This document shows positions 8,965 through 17,200 of a DNA stretch of 64,000 nt, piece by piece. The notes beneath the pieces are model-generated. The model had not been told where the DNA came from. It did not search any database and saw only the letters and a program-made list of their open reading frames with translations. The stretch lies in the NCBI GenBank assembly GCA_964528645.1, contig CAZGSR010000006.1, positions 10,142 through 74,141 of the forward strand, written 5' to 3'. The position numbers and the translations under genes were made by a program. How positions within the stretch are numbered: the first letter of the stretch is position 1; the number at the start of each line of letters is the position of its first letter. The DNA comes from an uncultured Mageeibacillus sp. Lineage in GTDB: Bacteria; Bacillota; Clostridia; Saccharofermentanales; UBA5734.

Positions 8965-9759
8965 TCATAACTTTCCAGTTGCTCCCAGAACTTCTGTGAC
9001 TGATTTGAACAGAGTCCAAGGTTCCTGATTGGGGGGTGGCAGCTGAAAGATCAGCCGCTGCTGGGTCAGAGGATGCAGCAGCGAAACTTGAGCGGCTTGC
9101 AGCGCGATCTGCCCTGGCTTGCCTTCAAGGAACTGGCTTGCGTATTTGACATCATTGATGATGGGACACCCGAGATGGGATAGCTGGACACGGATCTGAT
9201 GATGTCGTCCGGTCATCAGTTCGACGGTCAGCCAGGCTAGATCTTGCCCTTTCCAGGTGATTCGGTCTGCAATCCAGAAAAACAGGCGGGCAGTTTTTTT
9301 ATCTTTGACTGAATCCTGGGCGACTGCGACCCGGCTGATATTTTGACCTGGCAGTTTGACCAGATCGTTGACCAGTTGGCCGCTAGGCTGCTGAGGAGCG
9401 GGGCTGACGAGTGCCCGGTAGGTTTTCCGGAATTCACCCCGGGCCATCTGGCGCGTCAAAGCGGTCTGGGCTGCGGCCGTTTTGGCCAGGACAACAAGAC
9501 CTGAGACCGGTCTGTCCAGGCGGTGAACCAGGTAAAGGGTGTCACCGAGCCGGCTTCCCTGGAGCTGGTCCAGTAGATTTTCCGAGCCGGACTTGTCAGG
9601 CTGCACGGCCAGGCCAGCTGGCTTGGCAACGACCAACATGGTTTCGTCCTCATAAACCACAGGCACAGGCAACTGGGCCGGTGATGAGTGGTTTCGTCTG
9701 CCTGTGGGTCGCGGCTGATCCCAGAAACTGGCATCAAAAGAAATTGAACCTGGCATCAT
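8965..9759 (-). CDS. RluA-family pseudouridine synthase (no S4 domain)
   Basis: ORF 8965-9849 trimmed to ATG 9759 (MMPGSISFD...), 8 nt after the upstream stop. Catalytic motif LVHRLDRPVSGLVVLAKT and C-terminal HQIRVQL. Confidence 0.85.
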   Translation of the reverse strand: MMPGSISFDASFWDQPRPTGRRNHSSPAQLPVPVVYEDETMLVVAKPAGLAVQPDKSGSENLLDQLQGSRLGDTLYLVHRLDRPVSGLVVLAKTAAAQTALTRQMARGEFRKTYRALVSPAPQQPSGQLVNDLVKLPGQNISRVAVAQDSVKDKKTARLFFWIADRITWKGQDLAWLTVELMTGRHHQIRVQLSHLGCPIINDVKYASQFLEGKPGQIALQAAQVSLLHPLTQQRLIFQLPPPNQEPWTLFKSVTEVLGATGKL

Positions 9760-9767
9760 TCGATCCT

Positions 9768-10316
9768 TCAGGCGAGCAAATACCGCTGCAAGGCCCGGCG
9801 TTTTGCCTGGGCTCCGGGCAACAGCTGTTCCAGCTGGCGATGAAAACACGGGCTGTGGTCAAAATGGATCAGATGGCATAACTCATGGATGACAATGTAC
9901 TCGAGCAAATCATCCGGCAAAAGTCCTGCACAGAGATTGATGGATATGACGCCGCTTTTGCTGCAGCTCCCCCAGCGTCTTTTCTGGCGCCGGATGACCA
10001 GTTGTGCGGGTGCCAGCCGGGGGAAGCGCTGGATGACATTGACAGCCTTTTGCCTGGTCTGGCGGCGTAAGGCAGCGATCTGATCTGGGTTCAAAGGAAC
10101 CTGGACCGGAATCAGGTGGCTGTTTTCATTCATTTTGCGTCGGATCCAGGGTTCCTTTTCCTGGACGAAGCGCTGGATGTCGGCCAGCGGCATTTTTAAA
10201 CCACAACGCACTTCCAGCTGGTTGTCTGGGTGAAGCACCAGGGCCATGGTCTTGCGTTTGCTGCGGATGACTGTATAGGGAATGGTGGCATCAGGCATTA
10301 GGTCAGATTTGGCCAT
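9768..10316 (-). CDS. DUF45/YgjP-like zinc metallohydrolase (M48-like HExxH)
   Basis: ORF 9768-10499 trimmed to ATG 10316 (MAKSDLMPDATIPYTVIRSKRKTMALVL...). ATG 10298 is an alternative start. Motif IVIHELCHLIHFDHS. Confidence 0.75.
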   Translation of the reverse strand: MAKSDLMPDATIPYTVIRSKRKTMALVLHPDNQLEVRCGLKMPLADIQRFVQEKEPWIRRKMNENSHLIPVQVPLNPDQIAALRRQTRQKAVNVIQRFPRLAPAQLVIRRQKRRWGSCSKSGVISINLCAGLLPDDLLEYIVIHELCHLIHFDHSPCFHRQLEQLLPGAQAKRRALQRYLLA

Positions 10317-11178
10317 AACCCTGGTCGAGACATCTCTGGGCACGTTCGGCGGCTTTGCCCCCCAGTTTGATTTGTTCAGCCAGAAAATCCGGGTGTTCAG
10401 CCAAAAACCGGACCATGTACTGGTGCGGATCCTGCATGAAACGATTGACCTGCTCCGTTTGGGCCTGTGATAACAATCCAGCCGAGGTGGCCTGTTCAAA
10501 CAGATCCAGATCGATTTTTGCCAGTGCGGTTAACTCAACACCTGCCTGCTGCAGAATTTCCCGGCCCCCCTGGTCACGGTCGACCACGACCGCTGTGTCC
10601 GTGATTGATCCACCCAGACGAGCGATGGCAGGCAGCCAGGCTCTGGTATAACTGGATGCCTCGGTCACCAGGTCAGCGACATGCAGGAATGTCTGTCCCT
10701 TCAGGTCATTGTCAGTCAGTTCGCGCACGGACTGGAAATTCTGGTCGCTCCAGTAAGCTCTGCCATCCTTGAGAATGGCGACATGTGGTTTGCCTGTCCG
10801 TGCGGCCACCGCAACGGAAAAGAAGAAATCCCTTCTTTCACCACCGGACACAACATCAAAATCGAAGGTGGAAACGGCATCGACCAACTGGTCGATGACT
10901 GCCTTGAAAACAGGCTGTTGCTGGTAATGCTCCAGAATCACGGTGGCGAGCATGCCAGGCAATTCAAGAGGCGTCTGGACTGCCTGTTCGATCAGGGTCA
11001 GTAGCTGGTTGGCCTGGGCTTCACTGCCATACAGGAAATGTGTGTTGATATAATAGGGCCCCAGGGTGCCGGATGTATACCAGAATGGCTGGTCAGCCGG
11101 ACTGACCCGGATGGCCATGGTATCGAACAAAGCTTTGACGATGGATTGATCTTGTTTCACGAAATAATTCCTCCCCAA
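10303..11178 (-). CDS. pyrE: Type I phosphoribosyltransferase in the pyrE position; putative but atypical orotate phosphoribosyltransferase
   Basis: 291 aa. PRTase-like layout: FWYTSGTLGPYYIN, then VVSGGERRDFFFSVAVAARTGKP, then a PRPP-loop-like LKGQTFLHVADLVTEASS. That loop is degenerate relative to the usual hhhhDDhhTTGGS. An additional roughly 80-aa helical C-terminal extension is present. It is the last gene of the pyr block. Confidence 0.55.
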   Translation of the reverse strand: MGRNYFVKQDQSIVKALFDTMAIRVSPADQPFWYTSGTLGPYYINTHFLYGSEAQANQLLTLIEQAVQTPLELPGMLATVILEHYQQQPVFKAVIDQLVDAVSTFDFDVVSGGERRDFFFSVAVAARTGKPHVAILKDGRAYWSDQNFQSVRELTDNDLKGQTFLHVADLVTEASSYTRAWLPAIARLGGSITDTAVVVDRDQGGREILQQAGVELTALAKIDLDLFEQATSAGLLSQAQTEQVNRFMQDPHQYMVRFLAEHPDFLAEQIKLGGKAAERAQRCLDQGYGQI

Positions 11179-11200
11179 AAGTCCTGATGCATTCAGGATA

Positions 11201-12115
11201 TCATGACCAGGGTTGCAGCAGCCCCGTGTATTGGCTCAATTGATCCATCTTTTCAGACAGGGCGATCGACTCCATTTCAGTAATGACATCATGACAGGCT
11301 GTCGGTCTGATGAGATTGGCGGTTCCAACCTGGATCGCAGAGGCTCCGGCGAGCATGAATTCGATCGCATCTTCACCATTCATGATACCGCCCATGCCGA
11401 TGATCGGGATCCGGACAGCCCGATAGACATCCCAGACCATCCGCAGGGCAACGGGTTTGACGGCGGGACCGGACAAGCCTCCTGTGTTGTTGCGCAAAAC
11501 GGGGCGGCGTGTCTTGCGATCGATTGCCAGTCCCAGCAGCGTATTGATCAGGCTCACCGCATCCGCGCCAGCGGCTTCAGCAGCCATTGCCATGTCGGCG
11601 ATGCTGGTGACATTGGGTGTCAGCTTGACCCAGAGCGGTTTGTGGGTCTTGGACCGGACCGCACGGACCACTTCTTCGATCATGGGCGCTGAACTGCCAA
11701 AAGCCATGCAACCTTTGCTGACATTGGGACAGGACAGGTTCAGTTCGATCCCGTCGACATCGGTGGCATCCAAATGTTCGGCCATGGTGACGTTTTCTTC
11801 CAGCGAATGGCCAGCAATATTGGCAATGATCGTGGTGCCAAGGCTTTTCATGAAAGGAAGTTCAGTGGCAATGAACGCCTGCAGGCCAGGATTTTGCAAA
11901 CCGACACTGTTTAACAGGCCACCTGACGTCTCAGCCACCCGGGGTGGATCATTCCCCAGGCGAGGATTCAGGGTCAGGCCTTTGGAGCTGATCGCGCCCA
12001 GTTCAGACAAGTCGTTCCACTGCTGCATTTCCCGGCCGAAACCGAAAGTTCCAGAGGCAGCTATGACAGGGTTTTTCAGAGTCAAAGACCCGATTTGGAT
12101 AGCCAGGTTCACCAT
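11201..12115 (-). CDS. pyrD: Dihydroorotate dehydrogenase B, catalytic subunit
   Basis: ORF trimmed to ATG 12115 (MVNLAIQIGSLTLKNPVIAASGTFGFG). NLSCPN motif. Overlaps the pyrK stop by 7 nt. Confidence 0.93.
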   Translation of the reverse strand: MVNLAIQIGSLTLKNPVIAASGTFGFGREMQQWNDLSELGAISSKGLTLNPRLGNDPPRVAETSGGLLNSVGLQNPGLQAFIATELPFMKSLGTTIIANIAGHSLEENVTMAEHLDATDVDGIELNLSCPNVSKGCMAFGSSAPMIEEVVRAVRSKTHKPLWVKLTPNVTSIADMAMAAEAAGADAVSLINTLLGLAIDRKTRRPVLRNNTGGLSGPAVKPVALRMVWDVYRAVRIPIIGMGGIMNGEDAIEFMLAGASAIQVGTANLIRPTACHDVITEMESIALSEKMDQLSQYTGLLQPWS

Positions 12116-12897
12116 ACGACAGCCTCCGCCGGAAAGACAGGTCCTTCGACACAACAGCGCTGATGACTGATCTCCCCTGTTTCTTGTTCCTTGATTTTAC
12201 AGACACAGACGAGACAGATGCCAATTCCACAGCCCATGCGTTCCTCGAGGGAGACCTGGCAGGGCAAACCAGCCTGAGCTGACCGTTCCGCCACCGCCTG
12301 CATCATGATTTTGGGGCCACAGGTCAGGACGACTGTTCCTTCCACTGGATCGAGATCCGCCAGGACTCTATCCAGCGCCATGGCTGCATGACCATCAACA
12401 TCCATACCGCCTGTGTCCGAGGCAAAAACGGATTGGTTGGCAATGTGGCGGAATTCATCGATGAGGATGGCGTCTTGAGGGCTGCGATAACCGCAGACTG
12501 CTACCGTTTCGATGCCGGCTGCCCGGCAATGCTCCTGGACAAAATACAGCGGGAACACGCCTGTTCCGCCGCCGACCGTGATGACACGGCGGTAGCCAGC
12601 CAGATCAAAGCCATGACCCAGGGGACCCAGGACAGAAACAGTAAAACCAGATTTCAGCTCCTTAAGCTCCAGCGTTCCTTTCCCTTTGACCTGGATGCCG
12701 ATCTGGAACGTGCCGGCAATCCGGTCGACTGACAGGATGCCAAAGGGCCGGCGCAGGAATTGCTGGCAGGATACATTGACAAACTGGCCTGGCAGCGCGG
12801 CTCGGCTGATAGCCTCCCCCTCTAACGTCAGGACGAAAAACTGGTCGTTCAGGGGCTTGTTTTCGAGGATGGTGCATGTCCATACAATCTGCTGCAT
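12109..12897 (-). CDS. pyrK: Dihydroorotate dehydrogenase B, electron-transfer (FAD/2Fe-2S) subunit
   Basis: 262 aa. Ferredoxin-reductase-like fold with a C-terminal Cys cluster MGCGIGICLVCVC. Lies directly upstream of pyrD. Confidence 0.9.
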   Translation of the reverse strand: MQQIVWTCTILENKPLNDQFFVLTLEGEAISRAALPGQFVNVSCQQFLRRPFGILSVDRIAGTFQIGIQVKGKGTLELKELKSGFTVSVLGPLGHGFDLAGYRRVITVGGGTGVFPLYFVQEHCRAAGIETVAVCGYRSPQDAILIDEFRHIANQSVFASDTGGMDVDGHAAMALDRVLADLDPVEGTVVLTCGPKIMMQAVAERSAQAGLPCQVSLEERMGCGIGICLVCVCKIKEQETGEISHQRCCVEGPVFPAEAVVW

Positions 12898-12908
12898 TCC
12901 AGTATCCC

Positions 12909-15900
12909 CTATTTTTTCAACATGTCGTTTTGCATCGGCATTTCATTCAATGGCAATGTGTTTTCCCTGGTCGCAGCAACAATGTCGGCAAAGACCTGGA
13001 TTTCATAAGGCTTGAGATCGGCAGGTGTCATTTCGCGCTCCAGGCATTCGACCACGGCCACCAGGGTATCCAGTGAGGTGATGGTCGCAATCCCATGCTC
13101 TATCGCGTGGCGGCGCAGGCGGAAGCCTTCCCGGTCATCATTGGAGTTTGAATTCTCCGTATTGATCAGCATCTTGACGATTCCCTGGTCGATCATGTCG
13201 ACGGTGGACGGATGGCCTTCTTCTACCCGGCGTGAGATGCTGCAGGGAATGCCATACTTGTTGAGGTAATTGGCTGTGCCACCGGTACCGTAGAGCTCGA
13301 AGCCCAGGTTGTTGAGACGGCTGGCCAGCAGAACAAGATCTGGTTTGTCGCTGTCCCTGACTGTCATCAGAATGCCGGCACCTTTGGGCGGGAATTTGAA
13401 ATTGGACGCGAGGATCGCCTTGTACATGGCTTCACTGTACGTTGTAGACAGACCAAGGACCTCACCGGTGCTCTTCATCTCCGGACCGAGGCTGGTGTCG
13501 ACATCGTGCAGTTTTTCAAAAGAGAAAACCGGTGCTTTGATGGCATAGACCGCTGGGTAGCGGGCGAAAAGGCCCGTGCCGTATTCAAAGTCCTTCAAGC
13601 GCGCACCCATCATGACACGAGTCGCCAGATCGACAATCGGGATGCCGGTGACCTTGCTGATGTAAGGCACGGTCCGTGACGAACGCGGATTGACTTCGAT
13701 CACATAGACGTCGTCGTTATACAGGATGAACTGGATGTTGATCAACCCGATGACTTTGAGGGCCCGGGCCAATTTTCTCGTATGGTCGATCAGAATGTCG
13801 CGGATTCGCTCCGAAATGTAGGCCGGGAAGATCGAAATCGAGTCTCCTGAGTGGACACCAGCGCGTTCGAGGTGCTCCATGATCCCTGGAATCAGAATGT
13901 CTTCGCCATCAGAAACCGCATCGACTTCGAGCTCGACACCCATCAGGTACTTGTCGACCAGGATCGGGTTTTCCTGTTCGACAAGATTGATAATCCGCAT
14001 GTATTCGATCATGTCCGTATCATTGTGGACAATGGCCATTCCCTGGCCGCCCAGGACATAGGAGGGCCGGACGAGAACGGGATAGCCGAGGCTGGCAGCT
14101 GCTGCAAGTGCCTCATCGGCAGTGCGGACCGTCGTGCCACTCGGCCGCTTGATCTCGCACTCCTCAAGGATGGCATCAAAGCGCTGGCGGTCTTCCGCTG
14201 CATCGACTCCATCCGCTGAGGTGCCGAAAATGGGCAGACCCATTTCGGTCACAGCCTTGATCAGCTTGATCGCCGTCTGGCCGCCAAACTGGCAAATTGC
14301 GCCGTCCGGCTTTTCGTTCTCGATAATTGCGCGCACATCGTCTGGTGTCAGGGGTTCGAAATAGAGTCGGTCGGAGGTATCGAAATCGGTCGAAACGGTC
14401 TCTGGATTGTTGTTGGCGATGATCGCCTCATAGCCGAGTTCGCGCAATGCCCAGACCGAGTGGACCGAGCAATAGTCGAACTCGATGCCCTGGCCGATCC
14501 GGATCGGGCCGGAACCGAGCACGAGGATCTTCTTGCGGTCGGTGCGGATGGCCTCATTCTTCATGTCAAAGGTCGAGTAGAAATACGGCGTCACGGCATC
14601 ATATTCACCGGCGCATGTATCAACCATTTTATAGGTATGAACCAGGCCAAGCTCCTTGCGGCGCTGGCGGATTGTTTCTGCAGGAATCCCGCTGAGTTTG
14701 GCAATCCAGGAATCGGTGAAGGCCATGCGAACCGCCTTTGTCAGCAACGCGTCGTCGATGGTTTTCATGGCACTGATGGCCGTTTCGGTCGCAACCAGGC
14801 TTGAGAGCTTTTTCAGGAAGAATTTGTCAATCCAAGTCCGATCATAGATCTCATCGAGCGAAAAACCACGCCGGATGCCTTCCGCGACGGCAAACAGGCG
14901 CATATCATCGGCCTGGATCATACGCGGCCAGAGATCATGGTCGGACAAATTCATCATCAGCGGTACACGCATGCCATTCAGGCCTAACTCGAGTGATCGG
15001 ACGGCCTTCATCAAGGATGCCTCAAACGTGTTGGCGATCGCCATGACTTCGCCGGTGGCCTTCATCTGTGTGCCCAGAGTGCGTCGAGCCTTGACAAATT
15101 TGTCAAACGGCCATTTCGGGATCTTGGTGACAATGTAGTCAACTGCTGGTTCAAAGCTGGCTTTGGTGGTGCCGGTGACTTCATTGGGGATTTCATCGAG
15201 GGCATAACCCACCGCGATGCGTGAGGCAACCTTGGCGATCGGGTAGCCGGTGGCCTTGGAAGCCAGGGCTGAGCTGCGCGACAGACGGGGGTTGACTTCG
15301 ATGACCGCATAGTCCACCTGGGTCGGGTGCTGGGCAAACTGGACATTGCAGCCACCGACAATCCCCAGCTCGGTAACGATTTTCAAGGCTGCCGTGCGCA
15401 GTTTCTGATATTCGAGGTCGGTCAGGGTCTGGGCTGGTGCCACGACAATCGAGTCTCCGGTGTGGACACCAACCGGATCGAAGTTCTCCATGCTGCAGAT
15501 GGTGATCGCGTTGCCTTTGGCGTCGCGCACGGCTTCGAATTCAATTTCCTTCCAGCCAGCAATGCTGCGTTCGATCAGAACCTGGTGTACCCGGCTGGCA
15601 TTGAGGCCAGACACGGCAAACTGGCGCAGTGCTTTTTCGTCCGCTGCGATACCGCCACCCGTACCACCCAGGGTGAAAGCAGGCCGGACTATGACCGGAT
15701 AGCCGATCTCCTCAGCCAGACGCAGGCATTCTTCGAGGTTGTTGGCAGTACCGGATGGGATGCACGGTTCGTTGATTCGCAGCATCGCGGCACGGAACTC
15801 CTCGCGGTCCTCGCCCATCCGGATCCCTGCTGCCGGGGTACCCAGCATGGCTATGTTGTGCTTTTCCAGAAATCCGGATTCGGACAATTCCATCGCAAAA

Positions 15901-16190
15901 TTCAAACCGGTCTGGCCGCCGAGGGTGGCCAGCAAGCCATCCACCTTCTCATCCAGCATAATCCTCTGGATGACATCGATTTGCAGCGGCTCCAGGTATA
16001 CTTTGTCCGCCATATTGGTGTCGGTCATGATCGTTGCCGGGTTGCTGTTGACCAGGACGACTTCGAATCCTTCAGCCTTCAGGGCGCGGCAGGCTTGGGT
16101 CCCTGCGTAATCAAACTCGGCAGCCTGGCCAATGACGATCGGTCCAGAGCCGATGACCATGATTTTATGAATGTCCGTGCGTTTGGGCAT
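12909..16190 (-). CDS. carB: Carbamoyl-phosphate synthase large subunit
   Basis: 1093 aa. Canonical N-terminus MPKRTDIHKIMVIGSGPIVIGQAAEFDYAGTQA and second-half ILVLGSGPIRIGQGIEFDYC (duplicated ATP-grasp). AAAGGAG lies 6 nt before ATG 16190. Confidence 0.96.
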   Translation of the reverse strand: MPKRTDIHKIMVIGSGPIVIGQAAEFDYAGTQACRALKAEGFEVVLVNSNPATIMTDTNMADKVYLEPLQIDVIQRIMLDEKVDGLLATLGGQTGLNFAMELSESGFLEKHNIAMLGTPAAGIRMGEDREEFRAAMLRINEPCIPSGTANNLEECLRLAEEIGYPVIVRPAFTLGGTGGGIAADEKALRQFAVSGLNASRVHQVLIERSIAGWKEIEFEAVRDAKGNAITICSMENFDPVGVHTGDSIVVAPAQTLTDLEYQKLRTAALKIVTELGIVGGCNVQFAQHPTQVDYAVIEVNPRLSRSSALASKATGYPIAKVASRIAVGYALDEIPNEVTGTTKASFEPAVDYIVTKIPKWPFDKFVKARRTLGTQMKATGEVMAIANTFEASLMKAVRSLELGLNGMRVPLMMNLSDHDLWPRMIQADDMRLFAVAEGIRRGFSLDEIYDRTWIDKFFLKKLSSLVATETAISAMKTIDDALLTKAVRMAFTDSWIAKLSGIPAETIRQRRKELGLVHTYKMVDTCAGEYDAVTPYFYSTFDMKNEAIRTDRKKILVLGSGPIRIGQGIEFDYCSVHSVWALRELGYEAIIANNNPETVSTDFDTSDRLYFEPLTPDDVRAIIENEKPDGAICQFGGQTAIKLIKAVTEMGLPIFGTSADGVDAAEDRQRFDAILEECEIKRPSGTTVRTADEALAAAASLGYPVLVRPSYVLGGQGMAIVHNDTDMIEYMRIINLVEQENPILVDKYLMGVELEVDAVSDGEDILIPGIMEHLERAGVHSGDSISIFPAYISERIRDILIDHTRKLARALKVIGLINIQFILYNDDVYVIEVNPRSSRTVPYISKVTGIPIVDLATRVMMGARLKDFEYGTGLFARYPAVYAIKAPVFSFEKLHDVDTSLGPEMKSTGEVLGLSTTYSEAMYKAILASNFKFPPKGAGILMTVRDSDKPDLVLLASRLNNLGFELYGTGGTANYLNKYGIPCSISRRVEEGHPSTVDMIDQGIVKMLINTENSNSNDDREGFRLRRHAIEHGIATITSLDTLVAVVECLEREMTPADLKPYEIQVFADIVAATRENTLPLNEMPMQNDMLKK

Positions 16191-16223
16191 GTTAATCTCC
16201 TTTCAGGAAAAGAGCCAGAATCT

Positions 16224-16235
16224 GTATAATTATAC
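16224..16235. promoter_or_regulatory. Perfect 12-bp palindrome GTATAATTATAC spanning the carB -10 box
   Basis: The sequence at 16224-16235 equals its own reverse complement. It contains TATAAT on both strands. Confidence 0.5.
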
Positions 16236-16257
16236 GTTCATGTTTATAATTATTCAA
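16229..16257 (-). promoter_or_regulatory. Consensus sigma-70/sigA-type promoter for carB inside the pyr operon
   Basis: Minus strand reads TTGAAT (16257-16252), a 17-nt spacer, then TATAAT (16234-16229), within the AT-rich 59-nt pyrF-carB spacer. The -35 box overlaps the pyrF stop codon. Confidence 0.6.
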
Positions 16258-16258
16258 T
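16241..16258 (-). promoter_or_regulatory. ARG-box-like 18-mer overlapping the carB -35 box
   Basis: Minus strand ATTGAATAATTATAAACA compared with the E. coli-type ARG box WNTGAATWWWWATTCANW gives 16 of 18 positions by hand alignment. An argR gene is present at 40493-40984. Confidence 0.35.
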
Positions 16259-17200
16259 CGCCCGTCCAGCTCTTTTTAAGGCACCGCGCAAATCGTCGCG
16301 CATGGCGAGCGCCTCTTTTCGCGTGGCCGAGGTAAACTCCTCTGCTGAAAGTCCATACTTTTTATGGGCCAGCATCAGGCTGCGCGAGGCGTTGACAATG
16401 GCACCCTGGCCATCTGGGCCAAAGCTGGCGACCGCATCTTCTGCTGTCGCACCCTGGGCGCCGTAGCCAGGCACCAGGATCAGGCTGTGAGGCATGATCT
16501 GGCGCAGTTTTTCTGCCTGGCGCGGCCAGGTGGCTCCGACGACCGCACCGACCGACGAATAACCGGACTGGCCGATTAAGTCCTGGCCCCACTCAGCAAC
16601 TTTTCCAGCCATGGCTTCATAGACAGTCCTGCCATCTTCCAAAACCAGGTCCTGAAGATCGCCGGCTGAGGGATTTGAGGTCCGGACCAGGATATAGACG
16701 CCCTGGCCGCTCTTCTGGCATTGGTCAAGGAAGGGCTTGATGCCATCGATCCCGAGATATCCGTTCAAGGTGATGCAATCTGCCCCGATGAATGACTGGC
16801 TGATGGATTCTCCGAGGTTGGTCTGACCCAGGATGGCCCGGGAGTAAGCCTCGGCGGTGCTGCCGATGTCGTTGCGTTTGGCATCGGCGATAACCAGAAG
16901 GCCTTTCGACTGGGCGTAGGTGATGGTTTTCTGCAAGGCTGCTAGTCCAGATACGCCATATTGTTCGTAATAGGCAAACTGCGGTTTGACAGCCGGGATC
17001 AGATCAGACACGGCATCGATCAGCTGCTGGTTGAACCTGTACAAGGCCAGTCCTGCAGCTTCGGCAGGGTCAGCCGATTCCAATGCAGCCTGGTGACGAA
17101 TGGTTGCTGGGACATAGTCAAGCATCGGGTCGAGACCCATGACGGTCGGATTGCCTGTTTCTTTGATTTTCAGAGTCAGCCGATCGGCAAAATTCACCAT
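16250..17200 (-). CDS. pyrF: Orotidine 5'-phosphate decarboxylase (long, type 2)
   Basis: ORF trimmed to ATG 17200, with AAAGGTGG 7 nt upstream. Motifs VMGLDP and IADAKRNDIGST. Overlaps the pyrC stop by 7 nt. Confidence 0.9.
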   Translation of the reverse strand: MVNFADRLTLKIKETGNPTVMGLDPMLDYVPATIRHQAALESADPAEAAGLALYRFNQQLIDAVSDLIPAVKPQFAYYEQYGVSGLAALQKTITYAQSKGLLVIADAKRNDIGSTAEAYSRAILGQTNLGESISQSFIGADCITLNGYLGIDGIKPFLDQCQKSGQGVYILVRTSNPSAGDLQDLVLEDGRTVYEAMAGKVAEWGQDLIGQSGYSSVGAVVGATWPRQAEKLRQIMPHSLILVPGYGAQGATAEDAVASFGPDGQGAIVNASRSLMLAHKKYGLSAEEFTSATRKEALAMRDDLRGALKRAGRAIE

